Assembly: GCA_964547225.1 (NCBI GenBank)
Contig: CAZJMV010000212.1
Coordinates: forward strand, 80,465-144,464
Reading direction: 5' to 3'
Source of the DNA: an uncultured Anaerolineaceae bacterium
GTDB taxonomy: Bacteria; Chloroflexota; Anaerolineae; Anaerolineales; UBA4823
Length of the DNA stretch: 64,000 bases
The notes under the pieces were generated by a model. It did no database searches. It was not told where the DNA came from and saw nothing but the letters and a program-made list of their open reading frames with translations. Positions 58,197 through 64,000 of the stretch are shown here, in pieces; within the stretch, counting starts at the first letter, position 1; every line of letters starts with the position of its first letter. Position numbers and translations under genes: made by a program.

Positions 58197-59108
58197 TCAG
58201 TTCGTCCAAAAAGTAAAGGCTAAAAGATAAGCTGTGATGATAAATAAGGAAGCTGCGCCTATGGTTAATAAATTCCAATTCGGTTTCGCGCCACTAGCAA
58301 TATTTCTCATCTGAAAGATCTGGAATAAGCCGATCGGAATGGATAACAAACCCGCTAAAAGAGCAAACCTAGGATAACCAAAGGTCCTCGCTAACAATAA
58401 CAAAAGGAAAGCGCCAATAATAAGAAGATTGTGCAATATCATCCCATTTTGCCATCCAATGCGAATCACCAAGGTTCGTTTCTCAAACTTAAGATCAGTT
58501 GCATAATCAGGTAATTCAAAAACAATCAACATTCCCAAATGCAAAAACACCAATGGGAAAGTCGTCATGGCAATCAATCGATGAAGTGATCCAGCTTGCA
58601 AGATAAAAGCAAACAAAGGCACAAGAAAAGCCACAATGACAGATACTATCAACTCCCCATAACCTGAAGCCTCCAACCTAAGCGGTGGTGCAGAATAGAA
58701 AAATGAACCAATAAATGCGAGAAAAAGAATCAAATAGGTTTCAAATGGGGGTTGGATTCTTGTGGCTAGGACAACAGTCAAAGATGCTAAGAACGCTAAT
58801 GTGGTAAGCGCGGCTATTAAAGCAATCAGTGGGTCTAATTTCCCTTCACCTAGAGCATTGCTTCCTCCAGTGAGGTAGGTTCTATTGGTGTTCTCTCGAT
58901 CAGCCCAAGCATTATAGTATTCGTTAAAATAAGTTGTACTTAATTGTAAGAGAGTCACCCAAGTCTGCCCGAGAACATAAGCTTCCCAATTGATTCTTAC
59001 ACCTAAATAATGAGCAATGCCCACCCCTAAGGCAAATAATACGGCGACAGCAAAAAGAAAAAGCGGACGAGATAATTTAATGAATAATTTGATATTTTTC
59101 ACATTCAC
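58197..59108 (-). CDS. UbiA family prenyltransferase
   Basis: Eight to nine TM helices with the Asp-containing loop 'NEYYNAWADRE'. GTG start. Confidence 0.7.
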   Translation of the reverse strand: MNVKNIKLFIKLSRPLFLFAVAVLFALGVGIAHYLGVRINWEAYVLGQTWVTLLQLSTTYFNEYYNAWADRENTNRTYLTGGSNALGEGKLDPLIALIAALTTLAFLASLTVVLATRIQPPFETYLILFLAFIGSFFYSAPPLRLEASGYGELIVSVIVAFLVPLFAFILQAGSLHRLIAMTTFPLVFLHLGMLIVFELPDYATDLKFEKRTLVIRIGWQNGMILHNLLIIGAFLLLLLARTFGYPRFALLAGLLSIPIGLFQIFQMRNIASGAKPNWNLLTIGAASLFIITAYLLAFTFWTN

Positions 59109-59155
59109 CTTGATCCTTCTTTTTTGAAGTCGATTTTATCCTTAAAATATCTCTT

Positions 59156-59305
59156 TTATTCTAACGGGAAACCAGAATTTATCCAAGCATTAATGCCGCC
59201 TTGTAAGGGCATAACCATAGAAAATCCATTATTCTATAATAATCGCGCTAGTTTTGCACTTGTTTCTACAGATGTGCAATCACAATAAGTAATGATCCAA
59301 TAATC
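59156..59305 (-). pseudogene. rhodanese-domain remnant (C-terminal half only, with in-frame TAG)
   Basis: The minus-strand frame reads 'DYWIITYCDCTSVETSAKLARLL*NNGFSMVMPLQGGINAWINSGFPLE*'. This fits the active-site-loop to C-terminus pattern of single-domain rhodaneses (...YC......A..L...GF..V..L.GG..AW...G.P). No N-terminal half or start codon is present. Confidence 0.45.
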
Positions 59306-59468
59306 TTAGTCCAATTCAGTAATTCGTTCTAATAATTGATCTTCGATGATACCATATCCATAATACAGCTCTGTTAATAGGGTGGTTAATAATTTCTCAA
59401 GTCACAGCCATAAAACAAAGCTATGCAAGAGCGCAATGCTATGGGTTCAAATCAAAATTATTCTGTCA

Positions 59469-60428
59469 TTAACCTCTGAAGAAATTTGAGATGAAAAACC
59501 ATAAATTAGCAGGACGTTCAGCTAAACGTCTCATAAAATAAGGGTACCATTCAATCCCATAGGGTACATAAATACGCAGAGAATAACCCTCATTAACGAG
59601 TTGCGTTTGCAAATCCCTTCGAATGCCATATAACATCTGAAACTCAACATCATCCTTGGATATGCCAGATCTTTTAATTGCTTCCTTTGCATATTCGATT
59701 CGTTTAACATCATGTGTAGCAATAGCTACATAAGGTGGATAATAATCCCGATTGTCAATTTGTTTATCTGTAATTTTCTTACTTTCAGCTAACATAACAT
59801 CGACTAATTTATCATAGTTCCCATCGACGTCAGTTTTCTTAGGAAAAGCGATATCAGGGGGTTCTCTATAGGCTCCTTTGCACAAACGTACCCGCCCACC
59901 ATCCTTCATAGCAGATATGATATCTTGCTCACTTCGGTAAAGATAGGATTGGATCACAATTCCAACATTCGTATAACCTAGATCTAATAACTTGTGAAAT
60001 ATTTCTAATGTTTTAGGTAGACGATCTGAGTCTTCCATATCAATTCTTACAAAATTATCTTGCTGCTTTGCTGTATCAACAATTTGAAGGATATGCTCAA
60101 AACATAGTTCTGGATCTAAAGTAAGACCTATTTGTGTTAATTTGACAGATACATTTGCCTTTATTCCAGTTTGATCAATCCTACTGAAAATTTCAACGAT
60201 ATCTGAAGCAGCCATTTTCGCCAATTCAAAAGATTCAGTGTTTTCACCCAAATGATCAACAGTCGCTCGAACTCCATCGCTATTCAATAGTTGGATCGCC
60301 TTAATGGCATTTTCTAAATCATCACCAGCTACAAATCGAGATGCTGTTTTCCATGCAAATTTTGATTTACTGACCAATGATCTTGCCCATTCAGCTTGAG
60401 ATAAATATATTAGTGTTCTACGCAACAT
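59469..60428 (-). CDS. proline dehydrogenase family protein
   Basis: 'RATVDHLGE', 'VSVKLTQIG', 'VRIDMEDS', 'RLCKGAY', 'IATHD', 'EFQMLYGI'. The ATG at 60428 has a gaggag SD; the TTG extension to 60488 is unlikely. Confidence 0.85.
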   Translation of the reverse strand: MLRRTLIYLSQAEWARSLVSKSKFAWKTASRFVAGDDLENAIKAIQLLNSDGVRATVDHLGENTESFELAKMAASDIVEIFSRIDQTGIKANVSVKLTQIGLTLDPELCFEHILQIVDTAKQQDNFVRIDMEDSDRLPKTLEIFHKLLDLGYTNVGIVIQSYLYRSEQDIISAMKDGGRVRLCKGAYREPPDIAFPKKTDVDGNYDKLVDVMLAESKKITDKQIDNRDYYPPYVAIATHDVKRIEYAKEAIKRSGISKDDVEFQMLYGIRRDLQTQLVNEGYSLRIYVPYGIEWYPYFMRRLAERPANLWFFISNFFRG

Positions 60429-60543
60429 CAATTTCTCCTCATAATTCAAAAATTTGTAATAATAGTGTATGTGAAAATTATAACTCAATTTTTCCTGTCT
60501 AGTTAGAAGATAAGGTTACCTAAACTGATTGTTAGCTCAATTG

Positions 60544-60691
60544 AAAATGTTACTAAAGAACCTCAAATTCACGGCTTCTGTTTCTCTCATCGTTAGCCTC
60601 GGTAACATTTTCTTTTGATCTAAGGATGGAACTTCAGTAACATTTTATGCAAATTAACGTGCTTCAGTAACATTTTACATGAACTAACGCG
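60544..60691. repeat. cluster of four GTAACATTTT boxes, including a 30-bp tandem direct repeat (candidate operator array)
   Basis: AAAATGTTAC at 60544-60553 (inverted orientation). GTAACATTTT at 60602-60611, 60637-60646 and 60667-60676. Units 60632-60661 and 60662-60691 are identical at 24 of 30 positions. Confidence 0.5.
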
Positions 60692-60697
60692 ATCTAC

Positions 60698-60727
60698 TTG
60701 ACATATTCGATTAAAGAATGATATTAT
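60698..60727 (+). promoter_or_regulatory. sigma-70 type promoter with extended -10, facing the liv-side genes
   Basis: TTGACA (60698-60703), an 18-nt spacer, then TGaTATTAT (60719-60727), immediately downstream of the repeat boxes. Confidence 0.5.
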
Positions 60728-60889
60728 AATTACCGAGTATATTTGTATTTTTCAGATGATGTATAGATGAAAACCGAAAAACGGACATAACCGTAGTTTT
60801 AAAACTCAGGAGGTGGTTGCGGTAATATACGGTTATAGTATGGTCTTGACCTTAGATTTACGATAGCAGATTTTGGAGAGGAATAAAAC

Positions 60890-61228
60890 GTGCAGAAACC
60901 CTTGATTCCACCGAACGACTGGATCAAGATCAAGACAAATAGAACTCACAAAGGAGAAGCAACTTTGAGAATAATACTTGAAGGTTTGCTATTCCTTCCG
61001 GGGGATTTAATACTAGAGAGGAGGTGCTATCAAAAAAACGACAATGAATTATTAAGTAAAGCATTAAATTGTGATTCGTATGAATATACTAATATGTGCA
61101 CGGCTAATTGTGCTAATCCAATATACTTGGAGACCGATTTTGATATGATCTTTCTCCAATGTGGTAAAGGTACGAATACTCGAGCTGGAGTACATTATTT
61201 CACGAATGACCAAATAATGAATGGGTAA
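60890..61228 (+). CDS. hypothetical Cys-rich small protein (orphan ORF, coding status uncertain)
   Basis: GTG start 8 nt after a ggagagg SD. 112 aa with 6 Cys ('RRCYQ', 'LNCDSYEYTNMCTANCANP', 'LQCGKG'). No recognisable family. Confidence 0.35.
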   Translation: MQKPLIPPNDWIKIKTNRTHKGEATLRIILEGLLFLPGDLILERRCYQKNDNELLSKALNCDSYEYTNMCTANCANPIYLETDFDMIFLQCGKGTNTRAGVHYFTNDQIMNG

Positions 61229-61343
61229 TTTTTTATACCCTCAGAACCCTCTGCGTAACGGGTTCATTCTCCAATGAAAGATCAAACAATGCAAAATTTT
61301 GCAGAAGACTTTTACAAATCTTGTTAGACGTAATGGAGTAAAA

Positions 61344-62507
61344 ATGAAGAAGACAATAATCTGGCTCTTAACCATCGCAATTTCATTATCATTTGTACTT
61401 GCCAGCTGTGCTCAAAAACCAGCAGAGGCTGATACTATTAAGATAGGACTTCAAGCTCCTCTGACAGGCGACTATGCAGCTGAGGGACAATGGGCACAAC
61501 AATGTGTTGAAGTTGCCAAAGAACTAATCAATGCTAATGGTGGGGTATTAGGCAAAAATATTGAAATCGTGGTAGCAGATGACGCTTCTAACCCCAAAGA
61601 CAGTGCGCTCGCCGCTCAAAAACTGGTATCACAGGGTCTAAAAGAAGTAATTGGAACGTATGGTTCATCTGTCACCGCCCCTGCAGCTGACCTTTACGAC
61701 GCGAACAAGGTCGTATCTGTTGGTTATGGTTGCACCGCTGTAAGCTTAACAATGGAAAAAGAACGTCCGTATTTCTTCCGCACCGCTGGTCGTGACGATA
61801 CCCAATCCGAATTCTTTGCTAAATTCGTCGTTGAAAAACTCAACGCTAAACGAATTGCCATCATGCATGACAACCAAGACTATGGTAAGGGTGTAGCTGA
61901 CGATGCAATGAAATTCCTCCAACCATATATTGACGCAAATCAAACTGAGGTGGTCTATTTTGATGCCATCACTCCAGGTGAAAGCGATTATTCAGCAGTT
62001 GTAAGTCAGATCAAAGAACTCAACCCTGATGTTTGGTTCTTTACAGCTTACTATCCTGAAGCAGCACTTCTGCTGAAACAAGCTCGTGAAGCAGGAGTAA
62101 CAAGCACATTTGTAGGCAATAACGCCGTTCCTAACCCTGAGTTTGAAAAAATTGCAGGAGTTGATGTTATTAAAGGTTCAATCCATCTGAATGAGCCAAT
62201 GCCTCAATTCTTAACTTTTGACGAGTCAAAGGAATTCCTAGATGCCTATCAAGCAAAATACAATGAAATGCCTGGCTCGATTTGGGCTGTTTACGCAGGT
62301 GATGCTCTCAATGCCTTAGCTGCAGCTATTAATGAAGCTGGTAGCACAGACCCTGATAAGGTGGCAAGCGCCATGCGTACTATGACCGACGCCAAAGGAA
62401 TAACCGGTCCATTAATGTTCACGGAACGTGGAGACAGAAAAGATATTCCGTACTATGCCTATATTTACAATGATGAAGGTGAATTAGAGCTCTACTGGCC
62501 AAAGTAA
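61344..62507 (+). CDS. branched-chain amino acid ABC transporter substrate-binding lipoprotein (LivK/LivJ-like)
   Basis: Signal peptide plus lipobox 'FVLASC'. Type-1 PBP features 'IKIGLQAPLTGDYA' and 'GTYGSSVT'. The ATG at 61344 follows a ggag SD; the ORF track start at 61299 is less likely. Confidence 0.9.
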   Translation: MKKTIIWLLTIAISLSFVLASCAQKPAEADTIKIGLQAPLTGDYAAEGQWAQQCVEVAKELINANGGVLGKNIEIVVADDASNPKDSALAAQKLVSQGLKEVIGTYGSSVTAPAADLYDANKVVSVGYGCTAVSLTMEKERPYFFRTAGRDDTQSEFFAKFVVEKLNAKRIAIMHDNQDYGKGVADDAMKFLQPYIDANQTEVVYFDAITPGESDYSAVVSQIKELNPDVWFFTAYYPEAALLLKQAREAGVTSTFVGNNAVPNPEFEKIAGVDVIKGSIHLNEPMPQFLTFDESKEFLDAYQAKYNEMPGSIWAVYAGDALNALAAAINEAGSTDPDKVASAMRTMTDAKGITGPLMFTERGDRKDIPYYAYIYNDEGELELYWPK

Positions 62508-62545
62508 GAATAATTTGACTATCAAACTTCGGTAAACTATTGGAA

Positions 62546-62590
62546 GCACCCTTTCTCCCATCAACAATCAAAGGGATGAGAGGAGGGTGC
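62546..62590 (+). other. imperfect intercistronic stem-loop between the binding-protein and permease genes
   Basis: gcaccct (62546-62552) pairs with agggtgc (62584-62590), with further partial pairing inside. No T-run follows, so it is not a clear terminator. Confidence 0.3.
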
Positions 62591-62707
62591 TCTCTATAAT
62601 TGAAAGAACTTTTTGATAACAGAACACAAAAATTCCCAATAGAAACCCTTTAATTGGTCAAAAAAATAGTGTTTCATTATCAAATAAAAAAAGAGAGGTG
62701 ATTTCAA

Positions 62708-63622
62708 ATGCAAATGCTCCTTGAACAGTTATTAAATGGACTAACAATTGGTTCTTTCTACGCTCTTGTAGCCATGGGATATACCATGGTTTATGGCGTG
62801 ATGAAATTAATCAATTTCGCACATGGCGATCTTTTTGCCTTAGGCAGTTATCTGGGATATACCATTCTTGTTATTGGAGCTGGTTGGGTTACCCATACAT
62901 TTGGTATTTGGGGTGGCATGGTAGTGGCGATAATTGGGTCTATGCTGGGTATCGGTATCGCTGGATTGATTGTGGAACGGATCGCATACCGCCCCGTTTA
63001 CAAAGCTGGTCGCCTTCCAATGGTCGTTTCCGCCTTGGGTGCATCAATTTTTATTTCAAATGGAATCATGGCTGTATGGGGTCCTAGGTTCCAGGCTTAC
63101 CCCCAAACCAGTATACCAACGGGTTCAATAGTGTTATTTGGCGATATCCGAATAACAATCCTGAAATTAGTTACGATTCTTGTCTCATTAGGCCTTATGG
63201 CTGCCATATATTGGATAATTGAAAAGACTTTATTCGGCGCTGCTGTACGCGCCACTGCATTAGATAAAGATACTGCCACATTAATGGGTATTGATTTTAA
63301 TAAGATTATTTTATTTGCATTTTTCGTAGGACCAGCGTTAGGAGCCTTAGCTGGCGTTTTCGTGGGATTGAATTATACACGCATCATATTCAATCTAGGA
63401 TGGAACTATGGTTTAAAAGCATTCACCGCTAGCATACTGGGAGGAATTGGCAACATTCCTGGCGCTATGATTGGAGGATTGTTGTTGGGTATAATGGAAT
63501 CTCTATTCGAGGGTTATGTCTCAGGTGCATGGAAAAGTGTCTTTGTTTTTCTTATCTTGATTATCATTCTAATCGTTAGACCAACCGGTCTAATCGGAGA
63601 GAAAGTTGCAGAGAAAGTATAA
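62708..63622 (+). CDS. livH: branched-chain amino acid ABC transporter permease (LivH-like)
   Basis: 'INFAHGDLFALGSYLG', 'ATALDKDTATLMGI', 'GGIGNIPGAMIGG', 'RPTGLIG'. Confidence 0.9.
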   Translation: MQMLLEQLLNGLTIGSFYALVAMGYTMVYGVMKLINFAHGDLFALGSYLGYTILVIGAGWVTHTFGIWGGMVVAIIGSMLGIGIAGLIVERIAYRPVYKAGRLPMVVSALGASIFISNGIMAVWGPRFQAYPQTSIPTGSIVLFGDIRITILKLVTILVSLGLMAAIYWIIEKTLFGAAVRATALDKDTATLMGIDFNKIILFAFFVGPALGALAGVFVGLNYTRIIFNLGWNYGLKAFTASILGGIGNIPGAMIGGLLLGIMESLFEGYVSGAWKSVFVFLILIIILIVRPTGLIGEKVAEKV

Positions 63623-63625
63623 ATC

Positions 63626-64000
63626 ATGAGCGAGATATCTCAAAAAATAACTCAACGAATCTTTAGATCTCAGAACGAAGGTGAATCTCCTTCAAATAGA
63701 AGTAAACTTCAATTTTTATTACTAGGTGTTTTACTCTTCTTCCTGATTTTATACCCTTTTCTTCCCTTTGCTAATAACTATTGGATTGATGTAGGATTTT
63801 TTGTTGGAATTTACTTTCTCCTTGGATTAAGCCTTAACATTGTCCTTGGAGAAGTTGGCTTATTCGACCTTGGTCATGCTGCCTTCTACGCCATTGGCGC
63901 TTATACTACAGGAATTCTCTACAGCGAATTAGGCATTCCCATAATAATACTACTGCCTATAAGTGCACTCCTCGCAGGAGGTTTTGCATATCTAGTAACA
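63626..64000 (+). CDS. livM: branched-chain amino acid ABC transporter permease (LivM-like), 3' end outside window
   Basis: My own translation from the ATG at 63626 reads 'MSEISQKITQ...LSLNIVLGEVGLFDLGHAAFYAIGAYTTG'. The frame is open to the window end and starts 3 nt after the livH stop. Confidence 0.85.
   Translation, partial: MSEISQKITQRIFRSQNEGESPSNRSKLQFLLLGVLLFFLILYPFLPFANNYWIDVGFFVGIYFLLGLSLNIVLGEVGLFDLGHAAFYAIGAYTTGILYSELGIPIIILLPISALLAGGFAYLVT

Noticed and set aside
32686-59305. Both relic genes (sodN-like and rhodanese-like) are interrupted by TAG specifically, which raised the idea that TAG is recoded as a sense codon in this genome.
   Set aside because: TAG is clearly used as a normal terminator by well-conserved genes in the same window. 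Examples are rtcB (ending 16948), ybaK (ending 17867), the OmpR-type regulator (ending 19759) and the gene ending at 4342. Their protein ends match family expectations. Most genes end in TAA. Two decayed genes is the simpler reading.
60429-60488. TTG-initiated N-terminal extension of proline dehydrogenase ('MSYNFHIHYYYKFLNYEEKL').
   Set aside because: The ATG at 60428 has a gaggag SD at ideal spacing. The extension is AT-rich low-complexity sequence with no homology features.
60632-60691. A 30-bp tandem repeat that might be a degenerate CRISPR or minisatellite.
   Set aside because: There are only two adjacent copies with no spacers and no cas genes. Its position directly upstream of a -35 box fits an operator duplication better.

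Overview
AT-rich, gene-dense chromosomal segment: about 60 protein genes, tRNA-Gly(CCC), tRNA-Thr(CGU) and a type-A RNase P RNA. I saw no rRNA, CRISPR array, transposase or integrase. The content is mostly housekeeping. Cell envelope: a thioester alpha-2-macroglobulin convergent with a PBP1C-type penicillin-binding protein, Lgt, a CDP-alcohol phosphatidyltransferase, an MshA-like GT4, FtsK, and a SEDS protein fused to a PBP-like domain next to two FHA proteins. Nucleic-acid maintenance: UvrB, an HhH-GPD glycosylase, archease plus RtcB, TyrRS, YbaK and an HNH nuclease. Cofactor and redox: two MoeA paralogs flanking an ACT gene, a UbiA prenyltransferase, ferredoxin, Bcp and a c-type cytochrome. 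Also present are two two-component systems, a proline dehydrogenase and the start of a Liv-type branched-chain amino acid ABC operon. The gene mix (FhaA/FhaB plus SEDS/PBP cluster, archaeal-type archease/RtcB and MBL-fold genes) suggests a Chloroflexota-like or other Terrabacteria genome, but that is weak inference only. The observations most worth a second look are: (1) a kinase-regulator operon ending in a cytochrome-P450-fold protein that lacks the heme-ligating cysteine; (2) a SEDS polymerase fused to a transpeptidase-like domain whose SxxK serine and lysine are replaced; (3) a Ni-superoxide-dismutase gene with an intact Ni-hook, an in-frame TAG and a missing C-terminus, plus a rhodanese remnant; (4) an OmpR-type regulator whose conserved N-terminus lies upstream of any ATG/GTG/TTG; (5) a cluster of GTAACATTTT boxes, a near-consensus promoter, a structured leader and a Cys-rich orphan ORF ahead of the liv genes. 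All calls come from reading the sequence and the ORF translations by eye. No database search was run.
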